Source: a virus
Taxonomy: Duplodnaviria; Caudoviricetes
Direction: 5' to 3' (one strand)
Virus record (IMG/VR): IMGVR_UViG_3300027563_000022
Span: 1-33,895 of that record
Length of the DNA stretch: 33,895 nt
The notes beneath the pieces are model-generated. The model was not told the DNA's origin, made no database searches, and was given only the letters and a program-made list of their open reading frames with translations. Positions 1 through 9,340 of this stretch are shown one piece after another; the stretch's first letter is position 1; the number at the start of each line of letters is the position of its first letter. The position numbers were made by a program, and so were the translations under genes.

Positions 1-3000
1 AGTGCTTGATCTTCAGTGTATCTCTTTTTACCTGTTTGGCTAAGGTCGCTGCCTGCTGCAAGAGCAGCATTTTGCTTTGCAAGTTCTCCATTCATTTGCT
101 CTCTTAAAAACTTTTCTCGTTCTTGCTGTGCAACTATTTCTTCTTGAGACATTGCTGTGTCTATTGTAGAGCCATGAAGGTCTCCAGTAGTTCCTACAAT
201 TGCATCGTTTAATGCTGCTGTTGTTACTACGTTATCTAGATTTTCTGTTTGTGCTGGAATGATATCTCCAGTTACTGTTGCAATTTCATCTGTTTGTTCT
301 GCAACTAAGACAGTTGAGTCTGCTGCATCATCTGCGCCTTCAACAATTCGTCTCATTCCGTCTCCTGCTTCAACGGTTCCGTTAGACATAATTTGTTCTG
401 AACTACCAGTATTGCCTTCAAGATTGGCTGCTGCGGTTTCTGCTTCTGCTGCTTTTATTCTTGCTTCTGCTGCTCTGACTTCTGCTTCATCAGCCAGTTT
501 TTTAAGGTCTCTAGCATTTTCAGCAGTGTGCATATTCTTGCCCTTTTCACGGGCTGCAACTTCTTCCCATTTTGCTGCTTCAGTTCTAATCTTTGCTGCT
601 GCAGCCTCTGCATCAGATGCTTGCTTTTCTAATTCGTTTGCTTTCTGTCTAGCAGCCTTTACTGCAGACATATCAGACATCAGTGCTTTAGGATCAACAT
701 CTACTGTTAAGGATGTCTCTGTTGATTCGCTTGAAGTTGGAACTGGAACTTTTCTAGAACCAAACTTGTCTCTATAGTGTCTATCAATAGATTTTTGAAT
801 TTGTCTTTGCTCTGGATCATTCTTCATAGCATCATACTTGGCTTGATTTGCAGTATCTACCTTTGGAATTGCTGCTTCTGCAAGTTGGTCTGCTTGAGAC
901 TTTACATCTTTTGTTTTTCTTTCAAGGCCAATCTTTAGCCCTTCTCCAATATCTACTCCAAGCCTTTCGGTTCTTTTTGATGGTGATCTTGTTTCTGCTT
1001 TTTTCTCTGCTGCTGTAAGGTCTGCATCAACTTGTTCAGCAATACTTTCTGAGCCCATTGTTCCTAGTAATCTAGGATCTTCTGGTCTTGCTTCATGATT
1101 AAGTATTTTTGCATTGTTTGCATTTGTTCCAAGGCTTCCAGCACCGTTTGCCTTAAGCATTGCATTTACTTCATCAAAGTCTTCGCCTAGACTTATTCTT
1201 ATTGCTGTAATACTTTTCTTTGCTTGTTCAACTATCCCTGCAAATTCTGGTGCAAGTTTTTGCATTTCTGCTGTTACTTGAGATTCAAGTGACTTGAATG
1301 TAGCGTCGTCAAAAATTTCTGGTACTTCTTTGGCAGCATTATCTGCATTCCATTTTTTTAATTTTTCTATTAATAGATTATCATAGATCTCTGCCTGGCC
1401 CTTTAGTTCATCAAAATCTCCACCCATCATGGTGGTCATTGCTCTCCATTTTTCAGCGCCAGTCTTTTCAAAATCTGCTTGGAAATCTTTTCCTAAACTT
1501 CCTGCTCCATTTTTAGCCTCATATGATTGAGACTTTCCCCTAGTTGACATTGCATTGTTTAGTTTGCCCTGTAGCATAAATCCATGAGCATCGGCAACCT
1601 TGAGTTCTGGCATAGTGCCATCCCCACTGCCACCACCATCACCATAGAATTTTTTAATAAGTTCTACTTGATTTCGAGCCTCTGGACTTAAATTTAATCC
1701 ATCATCTTCGCTTGCATCAACTCTCTTAGTTTGTCCTACATGTGAAAACTCTTGTCTTTGTAATTGATCAAACTTTGGATGATAGGCTCCCATTCTGCTT
1801 GAGCCTTTTGCTGGATCAAACTTCTTTCCAATTGCTGCAATTGTTTGTTCTGTTACTTTCCCAGTCTCTGCTTTAACTTCTGCAATAATTGTTTTAAAGT
1901 CAGAAATAATGGAGTCACGAATTTCTTCCAGGGCTTTGGATGAAGTATCTGATACATCTTTTCCAGTTGCCTCAGCATATTTTATTAAAGCATTCTTGCT
2001 TAACTGTCTAATTCTTCCAAGTTCGTTTTCTATATAGTCTTGAGCGGTTGAGTCTCCAGCAGCCTGAGCAGCGCTATAAGTTCTGTCTGCTTGACTTACT
2101 CCCTCCGCATACCTACCCTTTTTAAACCCTGGAAGATCGTCTCCCATTATTGCTTTTAGTAATGGTCCATATTTCTTTGACTGAGCAGTTGGAACAATTG
2201 TCTCTCCTGGTGCAACAAGTGCAAGAATACTGTCTCCTGCAGATTCGTTACCTGGAACTTTTCCGTCTGCAAACTTTGGCAAACCAGATACTGCACCCTT
2301 TGGACCTGGAACTGCATTAAACAGTCCTGGAGAACCAGAGGCAAGCGCTCTTGCCTGAGATGCTGCATTTTGATAGGCTAAGGCTAATGCTTCTACTGAT
2401 GCCTTTTCCACATTGAATGTTGAGATTAAGTCTTTATGAGATAAATGAAGTGCATGAGTTTGTGCAAGGTTTTCTGTTTCTGCTTGAGTTAGGTAATCAA
2501 ATCCACCACCAAGAACATTGTTTTGTCCATTAAGTTTTGCAACTCCACTACGAAGCATTGCAAAGAACTTGATAAGGTTTGCAACACCGTTAGCAACAAG
2601 ACCAACTGTCATCAATACAACTGGAGCAATTCCTCCGATTACTCCAACAAATCCAACTACAAACTTTTTTGTTCCATCGCTAAGGTTATTAAACTTTTCT
2701 AACATATTTGCAGCAAACTGAACAACTGGTGTTATTGCTTCCAAGAATGCTTTTCCAATTGGGATAAGTTGCAACTTTAAGTTTTCAAGTTGTTTCTGGA
2801 ATTTTACTCCAACAGCGTTTTCTACTTTGCCTAATTCTCTCTCAGATAAAATAGCAAGTTCTTCAATTGATGCTCCTGCTAATGCAAGCGCTCTTCCTGC
2901 TTGTGAAGAGTCTTTTGTTACGTTCTGAAATAATGTTGATAGACGAGCAAACTGGAACTTACCAAACATCTGCTCAATTGCTCTTGCACGGTTTAGTGGG

Positions 3001-4316
3001 TCTAGTGTGTCAAGTGCTCTTGCAAATCCTACTACTGTTGCTTTTAGGTCTCCAGCATTGGCATTAACAATACCCTTTATGTTGATACCAAGATCTGCAA
3101 GGAATTCTGCTGCCTTCTTAGAAGGATTAATCATAGAAGCAAGACCAGACTTGAGTGCGTTAGCGCCTTCTGATGCGTTGATTCCACCTTCTTTCATTGC
3201 AGTCATAAAGAATGCAAGATCTTCTACGGATCCTCCAAGTTGTTTTACAACTGGACCAGCCTTTGGAATTGCAATTGTTAAATCTTCAATAGATAGAACT
3301 GTCTGGTTTTCAACTGCGTTAAGGTAATTAATTTTTCCTGCAAGTTGTTCTGCTGAAATTCCAAAAGCATTTTGAAGAGAAATTGTTGTTTCGAGTGCTT
3401 GTGCTTGTTCCACCTGACCAAGTACGGCAAGTCTTGTTGCATTTGTAACCTGAGCCTGTAGATCTGCCCCAGTAAGACCCATTGCTGCTGCAGATGCTGC
3501 CATTTCCATGGTATCTTTAGCAGCAATACCAAACTTTGTAAACTCTTTTGCAAGTAATTGTATTTCTGCAACTGCTTTGTCAGTATCACCCATGCTCGTT
3601 GTCAAGTCACCATAGACTCTAGTGAACCTGATTGTGGCTTGTTCCATCTCTCTAAATACCTTGGCTGCTGTAGAACCAAGAATTGAGAGTGGGATAGTTA
3701 AACCAACCATTAACTGACGGCCTGCCCACTGAGTGTTCTTACCAAAGTTTAGAAGTTGAGTTGAGCCTTGCTTTAATAGTTGATTTAAGAATTGCTGTCT
3801 TTGAGCAGCCATCTGAGTTCTTGTAGCATAGTCAGCATACTGACCATTTACCATCTTAAGATGCTTTGGAACAACTTGAAGAACTTTTACAAACTCTCCG
3901 TTGGCATTTGTTAGTTGTATATACTGTGTTTGTAGAGTTTTAACTCTATCTTTCATTGCCCTTTTTAGAACATCTTTTTCTTGTGCAAAAACATTTTTTA
4001 GGGTTTTGCTATTCATTGTTGCAGCAGCAGCCGTGTACCTAAAGTACTGGCTCATGCTCAACTTATTTTTTTCTAGTGAATCCGTGAACGCTGTGGTGCT
4101 TGAGGCAATGGTTTTTTGTGATGCTACAAACTTTCCAGTAGCATTGATCGACTGCATGAGTTGTGAATTTAAACCCTTTTGTGCATTTGCAGCAGCGACA
4201 TTGCCCTCTGTTAAGGACTGATTGAATTTACTAAGTCCAGCCTGAAGCCTTCTTAGTTGAGCAAGAGCATCACTAGTGTCAAAATGTATACCAATATTAG
4301 CATTTACATCAGACAC
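1..4316 (-). CDS. Tail tape measure protein (partial, C-terminus beyond left edge; >1430 aa)
   Basis: Missing from the ORF track because it has no stop in the window. GTG start at 4316 after AGGGG reads MSDVNANIGIHFDTSDALAQLRRLQAGLSKFNQ...; the same frame is open at the left edge (AAGSDLSQTGKKRYTEDQA). Ala/Gln/Lys-rich helical composition and position after the tail chaperones fit a tape measure protein. I checked the frame at both ends, not codon by codon. Confidence 0.9.
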   Translation of the reverse strand, partial: MSDVNANIGIHFDTSDALAQLRRLQAGLSKFNQSLTEGNVAAANAQKGLNSQLMQSINATGKFVASQKTIASSTTAFTDSLEKNKLSMSQYFRYTAAAATMNSKTLKNVFAQEKDVLKRAMKDRVKTLQTQYIQLTNANGEFVKVLQVVPKHLKMVNGQYADYATRTQMAAQRQQFLNQLLKQGSTQLLNFGKNTQWAGRQLMVGLTIPLSILGSTAAKVFREMEQATIRFTRVYGDLTTSMGDTDKAVAEIQLLAKEFTKFGIAAKDTMEMAASAAAMGLTGADLQAQVTNATRLAVLGQVEQAQALETTISLQNAFGISAEQLAGKINYLNAVENQTVLSIEDLTIAIPKAGPVVKQLGGSVEDLAFFMTAMKEGGINASEGANALKSGLASMINPSKKAAEFLADLGINIKGIVNANAGDLKATVVGFARALDTLDPLNRARAIEQMFGKFQFARLSTLFQNVTKDSSQAGRALALAGASIEELAILSERELGKVENAVGVKFQKQLENLKLQLIPIGKAFLEAITPVVQFAANMLEKFNNLSDGTKKFVVGFVGVIGGIAPVVLMTVGLVANGVANLIKFFAMLRSGVAKLNGQNNVLGGGFDYLTQAETENLAQTHALHLSHKDLISTFNVEKASVEALALAYQNAASQARALASGSPGLFNAVPGPKGAVSGLPKFADGKVPGNESAGDSILALVAPGETIVPTAQSKKYGPLLKAIMGDDLPGFKKGRYAEGVSQADRTYSAAQAAGDSTAQDYIENELGRIRQLSKNALIKYAEATGKDVSDTSSKALEEIRDSIISDFKTIIAEVKAETGKVTEQTIAAIGKKFDPAKGSSRMGAYHPKFDQLQRQEFSHVGQTKRVDASEDDGLNLSPEARNQVELIKKFYGDGGGSGDGTMPELKVADAHGFMLQGKLNNAMSTRGKSQSYEAKNGAGSLGKDFQADFEKTGAEKWRAMTTMMGGDFDELKGQAEIYDNLLIEKLKKWNADNAAKEVPEIFDDATFKSLESQVTAEMQKLAPEFAGIVEQAKKSITAIRISLGEDFDEVNAMLKANGAGSLGTNANNAKILNHEARPEDPRLLGTMGSESIAEQVDADLTAAEKKAETRSPSKRTERLGVDIGEGLKIGLERKTKDVKSQADQLAEAAIPKVDTANQAKYDAMKNDPEQRQIQKSIDRHYRDKFGSRKVPVPTSSESTETSLTVDVDPKALMSDMSAVKAARQKANELEKQASDAEAAAAKIRTEAAKWEEVAAREKGKNMHTAENARDLKKLADEAEVRAAEARIKAAEAETAAANLEGNTGSSEQIMSNGTVEAGDGMRRIVEGADDAADSTVLVAEQTDEIATVTGDIIPAQTENLDNVVTTAALNDAIVGTTGDLHGSTIDTAMSQEEIVAQQEREKFLREQMNGELAKQNAALAAGSDLSQTGKKRYTEDQA

Positions 4317-4345
4317 TATTCATGACACCCCTATTCATTTTTAAA

Positions 4346-4657
4346 TTATTTTGATGCTAGTAATGCTGTAGGATCTGTAAGTTGAATACCAGAGGCTGCA
4401 TCGATTACTGCGTATACTGTTGGCAAGTCGATATTATCTTCTAGTGCCTCACGAGTAACTTCTTCCTTTAAATATTGCTTAAATGCAATTTCTACACAAT
4501 CTAAAAGTACGTTCATTGACTCATCATTATTATCTGATACATCTGATAGTTCTTGAAATCTTTTCATAAAAGGCTTAAGCAAAGAAATCTTTAGTGGTCT
4601 AACATCAACGGTTGTTCCATCAATAAGAGTGATTTGCTTAGTTGTTTGTTCTGCCAT
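4346..4657 (-). CDS. Tail assembly chaperone, short (gpG-like) paralog
   Basis: Start re-assigned to ATG 4657 (GGAGG RBS upstream). Lies directly before the tape measure gene and is visibly homologous to the N-half of 4710..5393. Confidence 0.7.
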   Translation of the reverse strand: MAEQTTKQITLIDGTTVDVRPLKISLLKPFMKRFQELSDVSDNNDESMNVLLDCVEIAFKQYLKEEVTREALEDNIDLPTVYAVIDAASGIQLTDPTALLASK

Positions 4658-4684
4658 TTTTTCCTCCAATAGGTTTGTTAGTTA

Positions 4685-4693
4685 ATTATACCA
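4685..4693 (-). promoter_or_regulatory. Extended -10 promoter TGGTATAAT
   Basis: Perfect TGnTATAAT in the short intergenic gap upstream of the chaperone and tape measure genes. Confidence 0.7.
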
Positions 4694-4709
4694 TAGCGAC
4701 AGGCTTATT

Positions 4710-5393
4710 TTAGTCTATTTTTTCGTAGTCTAAGCCCATACCAATACCAAATCCAGCACTACTTGCATTTTGACCTTGAAGGGCAAGTATGTCTCTTGAG
4801 TCATTTGCCTGCCCACGACTAAACACCCTAGCCTTCATATCTTCCCAAGCGTTACTCTTGTTAGCATTTTTGTCTAAGTCTACTCCTTGCATTGCTGCCA
4901 GAAATTTTTTGGTAGAATAATCTTCTTCTCTTTTTACATTTAGTATTGCGGTTATCTCTTGCATTGATAAAGATCTTTCTAGTTCATCATAATCTTTCCA
5001 AATGCCCAGCAAAAAAACTTCTGATTCTAGTTTTGCCAAATCAAGATCTTCCCAAGTTGCTCCAGACTTAACTGCCTGACTCTTTACTCCTTCATCAGAC
5101 TTTTCATCTACTTTGATTCCTGCAGCATAGTCTAGTAGTCTATATATGTTTTTTAAATCTATTGCGTCTTCAAAGTCTTCAATAGAGTTTGAAATCCTTG
5201 GCATATATTGTTTCATGCAGTTCATCCCGCAGACAGCAAGAGCAGATATAGCCTCTATGTCACCCTGTGCTGAGCGCACACCTTCAAAGTCATCCATAAA
5301 CCTTCTTAGATATTTAATCTTAAGCGGAGATATTTCTACCTCTGTTCCGTCAACTAAATAAATAATTCCAGTTTTATATATTTCTGTAGCCAT
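4710..5393 (-). CDS. Tail assembly chaperone, long (gpGT-like fused) form
   Basis: Likely start ATG 5393 (MATEIYK), since the longer annotated start lies inside a terminator. Located between the major tail protein and tape measure; the N-half matches the short paralog and there is an extra C-terminal domain. Confidence 0.7.
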   Translation of the reverse strand: MATEIYKTGIIYLVDGTEVEISPLKIKYLRRFMDDFEGVRSAQGDIEAISALAVCGMNCMKQYMPRISNSIEDFEDAIDLKNIYRLLDYAAGIKVDEKSDEGVKSQAVKSGATWEDLDLAKLESEVFLLGIWKDYDELERSLSMQEITAILNVKREEDYSTKKFLAAMQGVDLDKNANKSNAWEDMKARVFSRGQANDSRDILALQGQNASSAGFGIGMGLDYEKID

Positions 5394-5399
5394 TATATA

Positions 5400-5408
5400 A
5401 GTATACCA
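5400..5408 (-). promoter_or_regulatory. Extended -10 promoter TGGTATACT, leaderless start
   Basis: 6 nt upstream of ATG 5393, with no Shine-Dalgarno in between. Confidence 0.65.
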
Positions 5409-5440
5409 AACAGAAAGGCCCAACCCCGAAGGATTGAGCC
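5408..5440 (-). terminator. Rho-independent terminator after major tail protein
   Basis: GGCTCAATCC-TTCG-GGGTTGGGCC stem with a UUCG tetraloop, followed by TTTCTGTTT. Confidence 0.85.
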
Positions 5441-5459
5441 TCTCATATATTAAGTTGTA

Positions 5460-6080
5460 TTATGCTGATACGCCGACTGTGCGGTCTACGATCTTACCGT
5501 ATGATCCGTTGTCGTTTGGAAGAAGACGGAATGATACTTCGAACATTGTCGCTTCGTCACGCTTTGCTGATACTGATACGCTCTCAATTGAAAGTGCACG
5601 GTATGCAACGTAGACACGCTCGATATTCTCGGTTGCGTCTCCAGTTCCTGGTCCAACTGCGATCAAGCCACGCTCTACTGGAACGTCGCCAATATCGCCT
5701 GCTGAAAGATTAAGTGTTGGGTTGCTTGAAACTGTTGTTAGATCGCCATCCTTGCCTGCAAGGGCAAATAGAAGGTTCTCTAGTGTTGATTCTGCGAATG
5801 TAGTATTTAGGTTTACTTGCATGCCTTGCTTAAATAACTTAGCAACGTCAAGTACCTGGTCTACTGCTACTTCGCCGAAATCTGGCTGGAATTGGATTTC
5901 CAAACCATTCATTGTATATCCAACGTTGCGGAAGTCTAGATCATTTTCAAGGGTGTCCTTGTATGATGTACCTGCCACGAACGCTGGTCGATCTGCGTCT
6001 GCAAGTGCGCCTGCTTCGTATGTGAAGAGTGCTGCTGCTCCAACGATAATATCGTTAGAACTACCACGTGTATATGCCAT
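5460..6080 (-). CDS. Major tail (tube) protein
   Basis: Likely start ATG 6080 (AGAGGTG RBS). About 206 aa with the motif 'VGYTMNGLEIQFQPDFGEVAVDQ' typical of siphovirus tube proteins; has its own promoter and terminator. Confidence 0.85.
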   Translation of the reverse strand: MAYTRGSSNDIIVGAAALFTYEAGALADADRPAFVAGTSYKDTLENDLDFRNVGYTMNGLEIQFQPDFGEVAVDQVLDVAKLFKQGMQVNLNTTFAESTLENLLFALAGKDGDLTTVSSNPTLNLSAGDIGDVPVERGLIAVGPGTGDATENIERVYVAYRALSIESVSVSAKRDEATMFEVSFRLLPNDNGSYGKIVDRTVGVSA

Positions 6081-6132
6081 GTATTTCACCTCTTTTTTCT
6101 TTATAGATTAAAGGGCTTGTTTCCTCATGATA

Positions 6133-6141
6133 ATTATATCA
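6133..6141 (-). promoter_or_regulatory. Extended -10 promoter TGATATAAT
   Basis: Perfect TGnTATAAT upstream of the major tail gene. Confidence 0.7.
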
Positions 6142-6148
6142 TCCCTTT

Positions 6149-6775
6149 TTATGGGGCTATAGAGTCAATAATGTCTTGCATCTGGTGGTAGTCGTAGTCT
6201 ATGATTATCTTGTTACCGCCATAGGTTCGGGCTGTTCCAAAGTCAATGATGTCTCTGACTTCCTCTAGTTGGTATATCTTAAAGTTATGGAAGTAGAACT
6301 TGCAAGTCATTCCTCCAATTACTTTTCCTTTTGCCCATTTATTAATGTCTTCGGCAGAATCATCGCCTCGGTCCATTAATCTTAGGACTGTTTCTTGAAT
6401 TTGAACCATTGTTTCCGTTACGTTTTGCTCAGTAGCATAAAAATAATAAAGTAGTTGTTCGCATTTGATATAGGGGAAAGGAGATCTTCTCATTCTAATT
6501 AGTCTATCCCATGTTGCCATAACTCCAGCATAAGCATACCTTGTTGGTTGGCCTCGACCTCCTCCACCTTCATCTGTACTCAAAACAACCCATTGCTCTG
6601 TTATTTCATCAAGAGATGTGGGCCTTGATGGAAAAAATGGAACACCAATTCCTTGAGATGCTGTGGAGTCTGTAACAATATCTCCACGAGTTTGCTTTTT
6701 AACTAAAATAGCAAGTTTTTCTTGAAGGTATGCATTTACCCATAGCCCTGGTGTGTTTAGTGTTGATGTTGACAT
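6149..6775 (-). CDS. Putative tail terminator / tail completion protein
   Basis: 208-aa ORF immediately upstream of the tube gene; function inferred from synteny. Confidence 0.5.
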   Translation of the reverse strand: MSTSTLNTPGLWVNAYLQEKLAILVKKQTRGDIVTDSTASQGIGVPFFPSRPTSLDEITEQWVVLSTDEGGGGRGQPTRYAYAGVMATWDRLIRMRRSPFPYIKCEQLLYYFYATEQNVTETMVQIQETVLRLMDRGDDSAEDINKWAKGKVIGGMTCKFYFHNFKIYQLEEVRDIIDFGTARTYGGNKIIIDYDYHQMQDIIDSIAP

Positions 6776-7449
6776 TATGATACCATCCCTGCACTTGCTA
6801 CCCAGCGAGATCCAACAGACATTCCTGTTGGTCTGCCACCTCTTTTACCAGCAGCCAAGTTCTTCTTATAAACTGTTGGATTAGCAAAGTGCTTATCAAT
6901 ACCGCTTGATCTTAAAAATGCCTGAGTAAAGTATCTACCAAAGAACATGTCCCAAACATTCTCAAATTGTCCTTGTGTATTTCCTCCAGGGTTTTGAACA
7001 ACAACTGGTCTCTTTGTATAAACAACTTGTCCACCAACCTCAAACCTTAAAGTCTCTCCATTAATTGGCTTAATAACAACTGGCTGACCAAGTTCCATAA
7101 CCTTTGCCTTGTTTTCAAAAGGAACTCTTGATCCATCCTGAATAGTTTTTGATTGTTTAAAGTCTGACATAAATGATAAACCAAGGTTGCTTACAGTAAA
7201 CTTAATGTCAAATAGTCTTGCTGATGAACTTCCTGATTGACCCCACTCATAAACATGATGAAGTGTGTCGTAGCCTACTCTTGCATTTGCATCAATAAAT
7301 TGCGATGCTTGTTCTGCTACCACTGGTCCAAGATTTTTAAAAAAGGCAGACTTGCCAACTTGAACACCATCAACAAATCCGAAAGAGTATTCCATAATGT
7401 TGTCCATCTCTTTACGAAACTTCTTGCTATCCATTCTTACTTTAATCAT
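6775..7449 (-). CDS. Putative neck / tail completion protein (HK97 gp10-like position)
   Basis: 224-aa ORF coupled to both neighbours; function inferred from synteny. Confidence 0.5.
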   Translation of the reverse strand: MIKVRMDSKKFRKEMDNIMEYSFGFVDGVQVGKSAFFKNLGPVVAEQASQFIDANARVGYDTLHHVYEWGQSGSSSARLFDIKFTVSNLGLSFMSDFKQSKTIQDGSRVPFENKAKVMELGQPVVIKPINGETLRFEVGGQVVYTKRPVVVQNPGGNTQGQFENVWDMFFGRYFTQAFLRSSGIDKHFANPTVYKKNLAAGKRGGRPTGMSVGSRWVASAGMVS

Positions 7450-7892
7450 ACATCTACCGCCTGATTCTCAGATCTGCGTACGACAAGGTTATAATATTCA
7501 ATTCCGCCAAATGGTCCTACGAATGGTTCCTGTGTTGCAATTTCAAAAATTGTAGACTTTCCTGCTCTTGGGCCTGCTGTTTCTGTATATATATAATTAC
7601 AGTTTTTATCACGAATATTTGTCAAGATAATATTTGTCATTGAGTGCGGAGCATCTAAACTTGAAACTCTAATATCGGTCTTTACTCTACCAATGAGAGA
7701 TGTCTTTTGTGTAATATTTACATTTGGAGTTATCTCTTCTTTTCCTGCGCCACCTACAGAATTAAAATTACCAGCAATAGTTTTATCTAAAACCCAAGTC
7801 TTTTTAACATTTCCATAAACCCCTTGATCAACAATTGGGTAATAGACATCTGCTTGCATTGGGAAGATAAAATCTGGCTCTTCGCATATCAT
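7446..7892 (-). CDS. Putative head closure (stopper) protein
   Basis: 148 aa, beta-rich, with 'DQGVYGNVKKTW' resembling the D-x-x-G motif of SPP1 gp16-like proteins; synteny. Confidence 0.55.
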   Translation of the reverse strand: MICEEPDFIFPMQADVYYPIVDQGVYGNVKKTWVLDKTIAGNFNSVGGAGKEEITPNVNITQKTSLIGRVKTDIRVSSLDAPHSMTNIILTNIRDKNCNYIYTETAGPRAGKSTIFEIATQEPFVGPFGGIEYYNLVVRRSENQAVDV

Positions 7893-8809
7893 TAAATTAT
7901 CCCTGGCTTGACAATATTTTTAACATATTTTTCAAGTATCTTATCTACTAGGAAGTTTCCTGTTCCGCTAAGCATTGCTTTATCAAATTGAATTCTAAAC
8001 TGATCTGTGTTGTATGCTGTAATGTATCTCTTGTAATAATCAAGTTTTCCACACTTAAGATCTTCTATTAAAAGTTTTGCTGCGTATTCAATATCTGCAG
8101 GGACTGTTAGGTATCCGTGATCAACAATAAATGTATAATCGTATCCTGAAGGGAATCCTACGCCATCATATCCATAGTAAGCAAGATCTCCAATTGCTAT
8201 TGGAAGATTTTGGGCTGTGGACTCATACCTGTTAACTACACCATCACGTATTTTTTGTATAGCGGTTTTATCTGATGTTATAGAATATTGGTGCTCATTT
8301 AATTCTGGAGTTGATCTATCATAAACTAATTGGTTATTCTCGTAAACCTTAAATACTCTATAAACCTTTTCCCATAAAGAGAAGTAGTCTGATCCGTTAC
8401 CAGTTCCTATAACTGTAATCTTTTTATTATAAAATCCTTCTGGAACAAATGTATCAATCATTGATCTTGCTACTAATTCTAAGGTTGTGTATTCAGCAAT
8501 TTCAGATGCTGTTGTGCCTAATGTGTTTGGGTCTACGTATGGTCTTATTAACTCATAAAACTCTTCGTAGATTTCTATTTCTGTCCCGTTAATAATTTTA
8601 AAAAGTTCTACTCTGTAATTATTATCATATCTGCCAGGAAGAGAAATCTCTAAGTCATCTCCTGTAGATGAATCTAAAAATTCTATATCTTGTACTGAAA
8701 GGTCCGCCATATCCGTAACTCTTGCATAAATGTCTACATTGATATACCCTGCTGGTACAACAAAGTTAACTGCAATTGTTTCGTATGGCGGAACTCTCAA
8801 TATTTCCAT
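7892..8809 (-). CDS. Putative head-tail adaptor protein
   Basis: 305 aa with C-terminal 'GYLTVPADIEYAAKLLI...VDKILEKY', a pattern typical of gp15/gp6-like adaptors; downstream of the capsid gene. Confidence 0.65.
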   Translation of the reverse strand: MEILRVPPYETIAVNFVVPAGYINVDIYARVTDMADLSVQDIEFLDSSTGDDLEISLPGRYDNNYRVELFKIINGTEIEIYEEFYELIRPYVDPNTLGTTASEIAEYTTLELVARSMIDTFVPEGFYNKKITVIGTGNGSDYFSLWEKVYRVFKVYENNQLVYDRSTPELNEHQYSITSDKTAIQKIRDGVVNRYESTAQNLPIAIGDLAYYGYDGVGFPSGYDYTFIVDHGYLTVPADIEYAAKLLIEDLKCGKLDYYKRYITAYNTDQFRIQFDKAMLSGTGNFLVDKILEKYVKNIVKPGII

Positions 8810-8811
8810 AT

Positions 8812-9249
8812 TTACTTACCAAATTCCTTGGCAACTTCTTCTGGTGTTGCGATGCGGATGTGTGGTCTAGTTAGCCACTTGTCTGCTGCATCTTTTTCAA
8901 CGATGTTATAGCCACGATATACCTTACCTACCTCTGACCATGTAACATTCTTAGTTGAATAAAGGGCAACTGTTTCCTTCTTTTCAGTAGGCAACTTCTT
9001 GCTAGGCTTTCTTGATTCTTTTGGCGCTGTTGTTGCTCCAATGACACCATCTGCAACTGATCCAAGAGCCTGAACTTCTTCAGGTGCCTTGTATGCAGGG
9101 GCTTCAATAGCATCTACTTCTGGTGCTTCTTCTACAACTGGAGTTTCCTCAATAAATTCTGCAACTGGCTCTGTAACAACTGGTGCTTCAAAAACTGGTG
9201 CTTCAAACACTGACTCTTCTTCAATTGGATTATTATTCATGTATTCCAT
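8812..9249 (-). CDS. Hypothetical protein with acidic Glu/Pro/Val-rich N-terminus
   Basis: AGGAGG RBS; VFEAP repeats followed by a compact C-terminal domain. Confidence 0.75.
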   Translation of the reverse strand: MEYMNNNPIEEESVFEAPVFEAPVVTEPVAEFIEETPVVEEAPEVDAIEAPAYKAPEEVQALGSVADGVIGATTAPKESRKPSKKLPTEKKETVALYSTKNVTWSEVGKVYRGYNIVEKDAADKWLTRPHIRIATPEEVAKEFGK

Positions 9250-9266
9250 AATTCCTCCTTGTTAGT

Positions 9267-9275
9267 ATTATATCA
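9267..9275 (-). promoter_or_regulatory. Extended -10 promoter TGATATAAT
   Basis: Immediately downstream of the capsid terminator and upstream of the head-completion genes. Confidence 0.7.
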
Positions 9276-9282
9276 TTATAAG

Positions 9283-9320
9283 TAATAAAGGGGAGTAAGA
9301 GCGTTAACTCCTACTCCCCC
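9283..9320 (-). terminator. Rho-independent terminator after major capsid gene
   Basis: GGGGAGTAGGAG-TTAACG-CTCTTACTCCCC followed by TTTATT. Confidence 0.85.
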
Positions 9321-9340
9321 TAATTTTTACTGTTTACAGA

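Noticed and set aside
259-4221. ORF-track entries overlapping the tape measure gene (259..777, 2156..2368, 2518..2721, 2867..3067, 3007..3327, 3278..3589, 3901..4221)
   Set aside because: Antisense or off-frame shadows of the long minus-strand CDS, with no recognisable motifs.
5010-5018. T7 run (GTT TTT TTG on the minus strand) as a chaperone frameshift site
   Set aside because: The ORF already reads through in frame, and the run lies beyond the region homologous to the short paralog; there is no evidence of use.
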